64,000 bases of DNA, from assembly GCA_041675085.1 (NCBI GenBank), contig JBAYUN010000003.1, positions 28,798 through 92,797 of the forward strand. The letters run 5' to 3'. Shown one piece after another: positions 10,677 through 20,500 of the stretch (position 1 is its first letter; each line of letters opens with the position of its first letter). Source of the DNA: Minisyncoccota bacterium. Its GTDB lineage: Bacteria > Patescibacteriota > Minisyncoccia > Phycocordibacterales > UBA9973. Below the pieces are notes generated by a model. It had not been told where the DNA came from, made no database searches, and saw nothing but the letters and a program-made list of their open reading frames with translations. A program made the position numbers and the translations under genes.

Positions 10677-10892
10677 ATGGAAAATTACATCGAAGATGTT
10701 GTAAATCAATTAATAGAAGATGCTCTTGAAGTTAAATCAAAAGCCGTTGATGATAGTACTAAAGGTGTATTATTGGGCTATTATCTTTGTATATCAAGCA
10801 TATTAAATCAAGCAACAGCTTTTGGTGTTCATGATAAATTGTCTAAAAAATTACAAGAATTTGTTCCTGAAAGTTTGATAAATCCAAAATAA
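10677..10892 (+). CDS. small hypothetical protein
   Basis: ATG 1 nt after the gap stop codon; 71 aa, helical-looking. Confidence 0.55.
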   Translation: MENYIEDVVNQLIEDALEVKSKAVDDSTKGVLLGYYLCISSILNQATAFGVHDKLSKKLQEFVPESLINPK

Positions 10893-11001
10893 GTTTTTAT
10901 TTTTTTTATTGAATGAAAGTTCCTAAATTTGCAAGCATATTTATTAAATATTTGACTTATTAATTATTATATGTATAATATATAGAATAAAAATTGTTCT
11001 T

Positions 11002-11379
11002 ATGAAATACGAATCAGGTTCAAGGTATTGGGTATATAGTTATGCTATATATACCCCTAAAAAAAATATTTTTTGTAGGTTGTTTCCTTATCTAAATGTT
11101 ATTTTTGGTTTTTGTCATTCAGTTGGTACTGCTAAAATTGGTTCAGACGGACCAGATTTTAAAGAATTTGAAAAAAGAATTTTTCCTGCCCCTTCTTTCC
11201 CAAAAGAATTAGCTAAAAAAATGGCAATTAAGTGGCATTGTGGGGGGAGTGATGATTTTTATGGTGATTATGTCTCTATTACAGATGTGGCAGAAGTCTC
11301 TAGTTCTTTTTATAATCTTTCTCCTGGAGAAAAAATTATCTCACGAACTAAACCAAAAGAATATTATTCTTTTTATTAA
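11002..11379 (+). CDS. hypothetical protein (stand-alone ORFan)
   Basis: TTGACT..TATAAT promoter at 10952-10979 and terminator at 11391-11418. Confidence 0.6.
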   Translation: MKYESGSRYWVYSYAIYTPKKNIFCRLFPYLNVIFGFCHSVGTAKIGSDGPDFKEFEKRIFPAPSFPKELAKKMAIKWHCGGSDDFYGDYVSITDVAEVSSSFYNLSPGEKIISRTKPKEYYSFY

Positions 11380-11447
11380 GTAAATCTTGTAAAAGGCTCT
11401 ATTTTTTAGAGTCTTTTTAGTTGTTATATATATGTTATAATTTAACT

Positions 11448-11936
11448 ATGAAAATATACATAGGTGGAGATCATGTGGGTTATAAATACAAGGAAGAACT
11501 TAAGACTTATTTAAGTGAAGTTTTTTTGGATGCTGAGATCTTAGACAAGGGAGCTTCTAATTTGAATGAAGACGATGACTATCCTGATTTTATAACTCCT
11601 GTAGCTGAAAGTGTCGCTAGTGATGAGGAAAGCTTTGGAATAATTCTCGGAGGTTCGGGTCAGGGAGAAGCTATGTGTGCTAATAGAGTTCGTGGTGCGC
11701 GAGCTATAGTTTTCTATGGAGAAGAATTGCCAGAAGGTGAAGTAGATATATCGGGCAGAAAGAGTATTGATACTTTTGAAATAGTAAAACTCGGTAGAAT
11801 GCATAATGATGCAAATATTTTATCTATTGGGGTTAGATTCGTATCACTCGATGAAGCAAAATTCGCTATAGAACTTTTCTTGAAAACAGAATTCTCAAAA
11901 GAAGAAAGACACACTAGAAGAATAAATAAATTTTAA
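11448..11936 (+). CDS. rpiB: ribose-5-phosphate isomerase B (RpiB/LacA/LacB family)
   Basis: GGDHVG, DDYPD, GGSGQG.AM.ANR, HNDANIL and RH.RR motifs. Start moved to the ATG at 11448. Confidence 0.92.
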   Translation: MKIYIGGDHVGYKYKEELKTYLSEVFLDAEILDKGASNLNEDDDYPDFITPVAESVASDEESFGIILGGSGQGEAMCANRVRGARAIVFYGEELPEGEVDISGRKSIDTFEIVKLGRMHNDANILSIGVRFVSLDEAKFAIELFLKTEFSKEERHTRRINKF

Positions 11937-11944
11937 TTATATAT

Positions 11945-12652
11945 ATGATAGAAATAATACCAGCAATATTGCCATCAAATTATGAAGACATGAAGAACAA
12001 GATAGCCTTGGTTCGTGGGCTAGTACCTATCGTGCAGATAGATATTTGTGATGGAGATTTTGTAAAAAATACGACTTGGCCTTTCTCGACTGGTGGAGCA
12101 TCGGACTATAATTTTCAAAATATTATGAACGAACAAGAGGGTATGCCTTTTTGGGAAGATATTGATTTTGAGCTTGATTTGATGGTGTCTGACGCTGTGG
12201 CGAACTTTGATATCTATACTAAGCTTAGTCCAAAGAGAATAGTCTTTCACTTAGAAGCAGAAGAGATTAAAAGAGATATAGTAGAATTCAAAAATTTCAT
12301 AGAAGGTATCGATCCTTATATTCGAGATAGTATCGAGATAGGTGTAGCGATAAATACTACGACTAACTTAGAAGAGATTTTTCCAGTTGTGAACTCTGTA
12401 GATTTTATTCAATGCATGGGTATAGAAAATATTGGTTTTCAAGGGCAAGAATTTGATAATAGAGTGATATCTCATATCAAAACTTTAAAAGAAAAATATT
12501 CTGATCTAGTTATCTCAGTAGATGGAGCAGTAGATTTAGAAAATGCATCCGCACTCATACAAGCAGGTGCGACTCGACTCGTAATAGGCTCGGCAATTTT
12601 TAAACAAAATGATATAATAGATAGTATAGAAAGTTTTACCCGTCTCCATTAA
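11945..12652 (+). CDS. rpe: ribulose-phosphate 3-epimerase family protein
   Basis: IIPAIL, QIDICDG.FV.N, GFQGQ.F and ISVDG..V.GSAIF motifs; pentose-phosphate context. Confidence 0.85.
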   Translation: MIEIIPAILPSNYEDMKNKIALVRGLVPIVQIDICDGDFVKNTTWPFSTGGASDYNFQNIMNEQEGMPFWEDIDFELDLMVSDAVANFDIYTKLSPKRIVFHLEAEEIKRDIVEFKNFIEGIDPYIRDSIEIGVAINTTTNLEEIFPVVNSVDFIQCMGIENIGFQGQEFDNRVISHIKTLKEKYSDLVISVDGAVDLENASALIQAGATRLVIGSAIFKQNDIIDSIESFTRLH

Positions 12653-12689
12653 AATTACGAGCGGGCAAGAAAATTTTTATATTTGAAAT

Positions 12690-13550
12690 ATGCTCACTCA
12701 AGATAAAATTTTAATTTTAGAAGAAAAAGCAAATGATATTCGTGAATCTATTATCACGATGCTATTAGAAGCGGGGAGTGGTCATACTGCGGGACCTCTC
12801 GGCATGGCAGATATTTTTACATATTTTTATTTTCACGCTTTAAATCATAATCCTTTAAAACCTGACTGGGATGATAGAGACCGAGTGATATTATCAAACG
12901 GTCATATCTGCCCAGTTCTTTATGCTACGATGGCGCATGCTGGATATTTCGGAGTTGAAGAACTTAAAACTTTGAGAAAATTTGGCTCTCGTTTACAAGG
13001 GCATCCTCATCGCGAATTTCTCCCAATGCTCGAGAATTCTTCGGGTCCGCTCGGTTCTGGACTTTCTCAAGCGGTAGGTATGGCTCTCGCAGATAGGATA
13101 GACGGGAAGGATAAGTCTCGATTTATTTATACCTTTTTAGGTGACGGAGAATTAAATGAAGGAAATAATTGGGAAGCTATGATGCTAGCTGGTAAAAATA
13201 AATTGCATAATCTTATCGCTGTAGTTGATAGAAATAATATTCAAATAGACGGCTACACCGAAGACGTCATGCCTTTGGAATTATTAGCCGACAAGTGGAG
13301 AAGTTTTAATTGGCATGTGCTCGAGATTTCGGGACATGATTTTCATGCTATCGATCAAGCTGTTATAGAAGCTCATAGTGTGTACGATATGCCGACGGTG
13401 ATCATCGCTTATACTGTACCAGGTAAGGGAGTTCGGGAATTTGAGAGAGATTATAAATGGCACGGTAAGGCTCCAAATAAAGAAGAGGCAGATATGGCTT
13501 TGAAACAATTACGCACCTTGGGTGGGCAGATTCGTGCCGAGCATCAATAA
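12690..13550 (+). CDS. tkt: transketolase N-terminal subunit
   Basis: GSGH, LSNGH, LQGHP and GDGE..EG..WEA (TPP-binding) motifs. Confidence 0.95.
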   Translation: MLTQDKILILEEKANDIRESIITMLLEAGSGHTAGPLGMADIFTYFYFHALNHNPLKPDWDDRDRVILSNGHICPVLYATMAHAGYFGVEELKTLRKFGSRLQGHPHREFLPMLENSSGPLGSGLSQAVGMALADRIDGKDKSRFIYTFLGDGELNEGNNWEAMMLAGKNKLHNLIAVVDRNNIQIDGYTEDVMPLELLADKWRSFNWHVLEISGHDFHAIDQAVIEAHSVYDMPTVIIAYTVPGKGVREFERDYKWHGKAPNKEEADMALKQLRTLGGQIRAEHQ

Positions 13551-13557
13551 AAATATT

Positions 13558-14559
13558 ATGTTAAATCCACATTTAAAATTAAATCCAAAACTTTTCAATA
13601 CTGACGTAGAACAACAACCAATACGTAAAGGTTTTGGTATTGGACTTTTGCAAGCAGGGGAATTCAATCGCCGTGTCGTGGCTCTCTGTGCTGACTTGAC
13701 TGAGTCTACTCAAATGCATTTATTCAAAGAAAGATTCCCTGAGAGATTTATCGAGATAGGAGTCGCCGAGCAAAATCTAGTGACTGTAGCGAGTGGTATG
13801 GCGGCCATGGGTAAAATCCCTTTTTGTTCTAGTTATGCAATGTTTTCTCCTGGTAGAAATTGGGAGCAAATACGGACTACTATCGCTTATAATGACCGCA
13901 AAGTTATCATTGTCGGTTCGCATGCAGGGATATCTGTAGGTCCTGACGGAGGTACGCACCAAGCTCTAGAAGATATGGCGCTGATGCGTATTATTCCGAA
14001 TATGGACGTAGTTTCTCCTTGTGATTCTATACAAGCAAAGAAAGTTACTTTTACTTTTTTGGAATCTCCACGTCCCGCGTATTTACGTCTCGCTCGTGAA
14101 AAAACTCCTATTATAACTACAGAAGAAACTCCTTTTGAAATAGGCAAAGCTGATATCTATTGGATCCCTGACGTCGGTCTCGCTGATGTCGGTATTATCG
14201 TTACAGGAGGACTGACTCATCGTACTCTCGTAGCTGCAAAAGAATTAGAATCCGTTGGTATTAAAACTAAAGTTATGAATTTGTCTTGTATCAAACCAAT
14301 AGACAGAGAGGCTATCTTAGCTCTGGCTAAAGAAACTAAATGCATCGTCACAGTGGAAGAGCATCAGATTTTAGGAGGTATGGGTTCGGCTGTGGCTGAA
14401 GTCTTGGGAGAGAATTATCCTGTACCGATAGAATTCATCGGAGTCAGAGATCAATTTGGTCAATCAGGAACTCCAGAAGAACTCATAGAACATTATGGTA
14501 TGGGTAAAGAAAATATTAAAGACGCTGTCAAAAAAGTCTTGAAACGAAAGGGGAAATAA
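13558..14559 (+). CDS. tkt: transketolase C-terminal subunit
   Basis: GVAEQN, GPDGGTHQ and TVEEH...GG.GS motifs. Start moved to the ATG at 13558. Confidence 0.95.
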   Translation: MLNPHLKLNPKLFNTDVEQQPIRKGFGIGLLQAGEFNRRVVALCADLTESTQMHLFKERFPERFIEIGVAEQNLVTVASGMAAMGKIPFCSSYAMFSPGRNWEQIRTTIAYNDRKVIIVGSHAGISVGPDGGTHQALEDMALMRIIPNMDVVSPCDSIQAKKVTFTFLESPRPAYLRLAREKTPIITTEETPFEIGKADIYWIPDVGLADVGIIVTGGLTHRTLVAAKELESVGIKTKVMNLSCIKPIDREAILALAKETKCIVTVEEHQILGGMGSAVAEVLGENYPVPIEFIGVRDQFGQSGTPEELIEHYGMGKENIKDAVKKVLKRKGK

Positions 14560-14676
14560 AAAAAATATAGAAACGAAACTTTTTCCGGTACAGATTTTTT
14601 GAAGCTTAAAAAATCCTGAAGTTGACTCGCCGTCGCTCGCCAAACCCCTCCAAAAGTTTGTTTCTATATTTTTTTT
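14558..14676. repeat. structured intergenic repeat, copy 1 (family A)
   Basis: ~75-nt core nearly identical to 17405-17479, enclosed by a long inverted repeat. Confidence 0.85.
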
Positions 14677-15694
14677 ACTTAACTTCAGTAATCTTATAAC
14701 TCTCTGGTGCGTTTTTTAGAAGTTCTTCTAATTTCGCGCGAGGTAGTAATCCTTTTTGTGCGCCGACATGTTGCACCACTGACATAGAATTAATCGGTCC
14801 AAAAGATAAAGCTTCAGGTATAGTTTTACCAAGTCCGAGGGCAGCAGTGAAAGTCGAAGCGAAAGCGTCTCCTGCTCCAGTCCTGTCTACTGCGGGAGCT
14901 GTATCAGGATAAATAGGAGTGAACCAGACATGCTCTCCGTCAGAAGCGTAGGCTCCGTTTGGCCCGTCAGAAATAGCGACTATCTTCGGTCCTAATGCGT
15001 GAATGCCGTCTGATAAAACTTTGATATCTTTTGTATCATTACTCAATATTTTTTGAGCTTCTTCGACGTTGCAGAAGAATACATGAGTATTAGCATAAAT
15101 ATCTTTTAATTTCTCTATACCTAATTTGATTTGAAAAGTTCCAGGTTGGAAAGCGAGTTTGGTCTCTTTATGTTTTTTCAAATATTCTGCAATTTCTAAA
15201 TGATAAGGTAGGGAATTATCAGCAAGGGACGATAGATACATCCAAGATATTTCTGTATTTTCAAAAGAAGGGAATTTGAAATCAAATTCTGTGTGTTTGA
15301 CTAAAATAGTTCTCTCAACTCCAAACCACAAAACATAATGATAATTAGTTTTTTTATTTTTTTGTATAGATATATAGTCAGTCGAGATACCTTCTTTTTT
15401 TAATTCTTCAATACAGTCACGACCGTTTTGATCATCTCCGATATTAGTCACGAGAGCAGAATTGAGTCCGAGCCTTTTTGCACTTACTGCAGCATTCGGA
15501 CTATTGCCGACGGCGTTTAATACGTCTACAGATTCATAAGGGATTTTATCTCCAAATCTCATACATAATTCACAAGTATTTGTGTCTACTTTGCAATTCA
15601 CATGAGCGTCTTGTAATTTGATAAAAGCGTCGATGACTATATCACCTATAGCTAGAAAGTCTATTTTCTTTGTTTTCTTTTTAAATATATTCAT
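14675..15694 (-). CDS. PfkB-family carbohydrate kinase
   Basis: GNSPNAAVS..RLG, IGDD..G and DRTGAGDAF motifs. Confidence 0.93.
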   Translation of the reverse strand: MNIFKKKTKKIDFLAIGDIVIDAFIKLQDAHVNCKVDTNTCELCMRFGDKIPYESVDVLNAVGNSPNAAVSAKRLGLNSALVTNIGDDQNGRDCIEELKKEGISTDYISIQKNKKTNYHYVLWFGVERTILVKHTEFDFKFPSFENTEISWMYLSSLADNSLPYHLEIAEYLKKHKETKLAFQPGTFQIKLGIEKLKDIYANTHVFFCNVEEAQKILSNDTKDIKVLSDGIHALGPKIVAISDGPNGAYASDGEHVWFTPIYPDTAPAVDRTGAGDAFASTFTAALGLGKTIPEALSFGPINSMSVVQHVGAQKGLLPRAKLEELLKNAPESYKITEVK

Positions 15695-15730
15695 AGTATG
15701 ATTATAGCATAATAGAATTAAGTAAATATA

Positions 15731-17146
15731 ATGCCAAGAAAATTAATTTTAATTTTAGCATTTGTTTTCTTTTTAAACTTTCCACAAGGTGTTTTTGCTA
15801 ATGTTTTGATAAATGAGGTGCAAATAGGAGTCGAAGGGAATGCCAATGATGAATTTATTGAGCTTTACAATAATGGATCAAGTGAAGTTGATCTGACAGG
15901 ATTTTCAATTTATAAGAAAACTTCATCTGGTGCAGAGAGCTCTGTCGTTTCTAAAAGTCGTTTTGATAGTAAGAAAATCCCTGCAAATGGGATTGTATTT
16001 TTGGCTAGAGAAGATGAATATACTGGTAGTAAAACTGTAGATATACTTTGGCCAAATTCATACAGCCTGGCATCCAATAATTCATTAACTTTATACAAAG
16101 ATTTCGAGAGCAAGACAGTAGAGGATACTGTATCTTGGGGAGATGTTAAAAATTTTAAACGTTCAAATACAAATACTGGAACTTCACCTGACTCAGAAAA
16201 TAATCCGGAAATAGAAATAGATGAAGTTGCTACAAATAATATTTTAAATTCTTCTAGTAATTTTGTTTCTAAAACTCAAAAACCTACACTTAAAATCATT
16301 AGTAAAAATTCTGGCTTCGTTGGTGTGCCTATGGAATTCGAAGCTCGGTTGGAATCTCTCGAATACAAGAATCTCTATGCAAAATATGTCTGGAATTTTG
16401 GTGACGGCTCGGCTGTAGAGTTCAAAGATTATGAAAATAAAAAGTTCTCTCACACTTTTTATTATGCTGGAGAATATCTAGTAAGCTTAGAGTACTATGC
16501 AAATCCTCAGCAATTAAGCGCAGATTATATAGCTAAAATCAATATTAAGATAATTCATCCAAATATTTTAATCTCAAGTATTGGAGATACTGGGAATTTT
16601 TATGTGGAGATTACGAATACTTCGGCGCTCGATGTGGACTTGGGTGAGTGGGTTTTATTGGGTAATAATAAATCTTTTACTTTCCCGAAAAATACAAATT
16701 TATTAAGCATGAAGAAGATAATACTTTCGCCTCGAATTACAAATTTTACAATTGAAGATAAAAATTTTCTAGAATTATTAGACAAAAATAGAACTGTAAT
16801 TTTCTCATATAAAAATATAATTAATCAAAAACAAAATACAGGAAACAATATCGTAAAGTATAAAAATACTAATACTATTTTACCTAAAAATAATTCTACG
16901 AATGACATAAGTCCAGAATATTTTATAGAAAATTACGAAGAAGAATTTGAGAATCATGATATCTCGGGAGCTGTCATATTGTCAGATGAAAATCCTCAAC
17001 AAGAAAATAATTTTATTTATATAATTTTGTTTATTTTGCTTATAGGTTTAGCTGTTTTTAGTATTTACTTTTTGCGTAAAAATAGGGGAAATAAAGAGGA
17101 AGAAAATCAAGAAGATTTAGAAGACTTTGAAATTTTAGATGAATAG
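15731..17146 (+). CDS. lamin-tail-domain/PKD surface protein
   Basis: Signal peptide; VLINEV..DEFIELYN (LTD); WNFGDG..H.F...G.Y (PKD); C-terminal TM helix. Confidence 0.75.
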   Translation: MPRKLILILAFVFFLNFPQGVFANVLINEVQIGVEGNANDEFIELYNNGSSEVDLTGFSIYKKTSSGAESSVVSKSRFDSKKIPANGIVFLAREDEYTGSKTVDILWPNSYSLASNNSLTLYKDFESKTVEDTVSWGDVKNFKRSNTNTGTSPDSENNPEIEIDEVATNNILNSSSNFVSKTQKPTLKIISKNSGFVGVPMEFEARLESLEYKNLYAKYVWNFGDGSAVEFKDYENKKFSHTFYYAGEYLVSLEYYANPQQLSADYIAKINIKIIHPNILISSIGDTGNFYVEITNTSALDVDLGEWVLLGNNKSFTFPKNTNLLSMKKIILSPRITNFTIEDKNFLELLDKNRTVIFSYKNIINQKQNTGNNIVKYKNTNTILPKNNSTNDISPEYFIENYEEEFENHDISGAVILSDENPQQENNFIYIILFILLIGLAVFSIYFLRKNRGNKEEENQEDLEDFEILDE

Positions 17147-17154
17147 TATATTAT

Positions 17155-17376
17155 ATGAAAATGTTTAAAAATTTTTTATTGAAAAAGATGCTTCGCACTC
17201 AAGGTGTACCAGAAGCTCAGATAGATATGTTTATTAAAATGATGGAGAAAGACCCTCAACTTTTTGAAAATATTGCAAAAGAGATCAAAGCTAAGATGGA
17301 TGGAGGTATGGATCAACAGTCTGCGTCTATGGAAGTGATGAAAAAGTATGAAAATGATCTCAAAAAGTTGGTTTAA
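17155..17376 (+). CDS. small hypothetical protein
   Basis: 73-aa Met/Lys-rich helical ORF with coding-like composition. Confidence 0.7.
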   Translation: MKMFKNFLLKKMLRTQGVPEAQIDMFIKMMEKDPQLFENIAKEIKAKMDGGMDQQSASMEVMKKYENDLKKLV

Positions 17377-17384
17377 ATTCTAGA

Positions 17385-17498
17385 TAATAAAAACAAAAAC
17401 AATTTTTTCCGGTACAGATTTTTTGAAGCTTAAAAAATCCTGAAATTGGCTCGCCGTCGCTCGCCAAACCCCTCCAAAAATTGTTTTTGTTTTTATTA
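17385..17498. repeat. structured intergenic repeat, copy 2 (family A)
   Basis: Same core as 14581-14655; outer 23-bp inverted repeat with a different sequence. Confidence 0.85.
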
Positions 17499-17521
17499 AA
17501 AAAGTTATTAACAGTTTTACT

Positions 17522-17550
17522 AAAAAAACACCCTAAAAAGGTGTTTTTTT
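17522..17550. terminator. bidirectional terminator-like hairpin
   Basis: AAAAAAACACC-CTAAAAA-GGTGTTTTTTT. Confidence 0.55.
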
Positions 17551-17585
17551 ATATGTGAAAATGTATTATAATTTAAAGATATTTA

Positions 17586-20500
17586 ATGAAATTAAATAAA
17601 AAAAATAATTTGAGAAATATTTGGAAAAATAAATCCATGAGGGTTGTTTTTGGTGTTTCATTTTTTGTATTTATTTTTTTATTTTCAACTCTATTTTCTA
17701 GTTTAGTTTATGCTGCCGCAGGAGTGCCTAAGGTTATAAATTTTCAAGGGAGACTTTTGAATTCTTCTGGAGATCTTTTGGGTGGTACGGGTGGTACTGA
17801 TTACTGTTATAAATTTTCTATTTATGATGCTTCGACTGGTGGTAGTAAAATCTGGCCAGCGGGAAGTCCTAGCACTATGACCATCGTCACTCGCGAAGGA
17901 GTTTTTAATGCGAACGTGGGAGACACAGGTGCGGGAGGAGATACTTTAGATTTAACTTTCACCGATGATCAAGCATACATGAATATCGAAGTTGCAACGA
18001 AAGTAGGTTCAACTTGTGCACCAGGAGATGGGGCCGAAAGTTTTGAAACTCTTTCTCCTCGTCAGAGAATAGCTTCATCTGCTTTTGCTATAAATTCGGG
18101 AACAGTCGGAGGATATACTCCGGCGACTAGTGCGACAGGTTCTCAAATCCCAGTTCTCTCTTCGGGCTCATTAATCCTCGGAGATACAAATCCAGGATTA
18201 AGAGTAACAGGAAGCAATACTCTAACTTTTCAAAGTGGCGTAACTGGAGATATTCAATTTTTCTCTGGAACAAATAAAATTACTTCTGCAGGAGTTCTGA
18301 CTATCGGAGGTGCGTTAAATTCTGCGGGAATAAATTCTTCAGGAACAATAACTTTCTCTGGGCTCTCTGGAGGAGGTTCACAATGTTTGCAAGTAGATAA
18401 CTCTGGAGTAGTCACAGGTACGGGTAGTTCTTGTGGAGCAGGGTCAGTAACGTGGAATTCTTTCACTAACCCAACAGGTACTCAAACCCTCACTTTCGAT
18501 GATGGAGAATTAAACGCATGGACTGTAAATTCAGACACAGAAACTTTCCAAACAATCACAGCTAATTCTCTGACTACTGGTAAAGTTTTAGGAATATCTT
18601 CTTCATCTCTTACTTCAGGCTCACTTGTTGACCTAACTGTTACAGGAACAGGAGCTTTAACAGGGCAGAAAGGATTAAACATTTCTCTCTCTGGTGCAAA
18701 CGGTACCGGAGCTCAGACTACTTATGGAGCATATCTATCTAATACTCATACAGGAACTTCTACTAACGTTGGACTTTATGCTACAGCTTCAGGAGGGACT
18801 AATAATTATGCTGCTATATTTGATAATGGCAACGTAGGTATAGGAGACTCATCTCCCACTTCATTATTCACCGTAGGGTCTGGTGATCTTTTCCAGATAA
18901 ATTCATCGGGACAAATAGGTTCTCAACAAGCCCCGGTGTCAGATTATCTTTTTGCTTTAAATGGAACTACGGGGAACAATAATAGTAGGATTATTGATAT
19001 TGTGCAGTCAAATAACGCAGATGAAAGTTCTAGTGTTGTTAATATCGTTGCTACTCCAACTTTAGGAACTATAGGAAGTGGTAGGACAGTAACAGGGAAT
19101 TATCTCTCTTTGACTCCTTCTGCTACGGTGAGTGATGCATTTTTGAGTACTTATGGTAGTTCAAATAATTTATCTTTATCTAATTTAACCTTAGGAGATG
19201 GTGAGGTTGGTATCTATAGTTATGGGGATTATAGTTGGATAACAGGTTCTCCTGTTTATAATGGGGTTGGTGAGTCGACTGAGTTCGACACTTATGGTAC
19301 TTATACTAATGTTAATATTTCACCAACCTTAACAGCTGTACCTGACGCTTCTTTCTTTCGTACATATGGAGGTAGATTTAATGCTTTTGTAACTTCTGCA
19401 GGAAATTCAGAACTGTCAGCATACGTTTATGGTGTTTCTGGAACAGCGAGTGGCAATTTAACTACAACAGGAAATACCTTCCACTCTGGAGGATATTTTA
19501 GTGCAAGCGGTTCAGCAGATACTAACTACGGTATTTCTTCTTCAGTTGGAGGCGCAACTACAAATTATGGAGGATATTTCTCTGCTTTCGGTGCATCAGA
19601 TACTAACTATGGTATTTATGCGACGGTTGGCGGAGGGACTGCAAATTATTCAGGTATTTTTATGGGAGGTAATTTTGGTATAGGAGATGACACTCCAACC
19701 TCATTATTCACTGTAGGTAACGGCGACCTTTTCCAAGTAAATTCTTCCGGTGCTATAGCCGCAGCCACAGGTATAACCTCAAGTGGTACGATAAATTTCT
19801 CAGGACTTACAGCAAGCGAATTAACAGCAACAGATGCAAGCAAAAACTTAGTATCTCTTTCTACTTCTACTTACCCTTCACTGACAGAGATATCTTATGT
19901 AAAAGGAGTAACTAGTGCAATCCAAACTCAATTGAATGCAAAAGGTGATGTTTCAAAAGTAGGTACACCTGTCAACAAACAAATAGGTGTTTGGACTGGA
20001 GACGGAACTTTGCAAGGATTAGCAGACTTTACTTACGAAAATCTTGCAGGTGGTGGTCAGGGAGGACAATTAATTATTGGTGAAGAAAATTCTAACAACT
20101 TTATTAAAGCACCAGATGCAACTACTAGTAATACGTGGGGTGGAACTTTGTATATGTCTGGAGGTGTAGGTAATGGAACAGGACGTGGAGGAAGTTTTAA
20201 TCTTACTGGTGGAGCTTCTGGCACAGGAGATGGAGGAGAGGGAGGAAGTATTGGGATATATGCGGGTAATGCAATAGGTTCAGGAAATGGAAATGGAGGT
20301 AATGTTAATTTACAACCTGGTAGGGGTAAAGGTAGTGGCAATGAAGGTAAGGTTCGTATATTTTCTCAAAATGGAGACGTAGGAGTATTTTTTGACTTGT
20401 CTCTTATAGATGACTTTTACGATTATACTTTCCCAAATGGTGGTGGAACTTTCACTTTAAATGACGCTGCTCAAACTCTAACCAATAAAACAATAAATGG

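Noticed and set aside
14581-14655. Hammerhead ribozyme in repeat family A
   Set aside because: CTGAAGT/CTGAAAT does not fit CUGANGA, and no correctly placed GAAA core was found.
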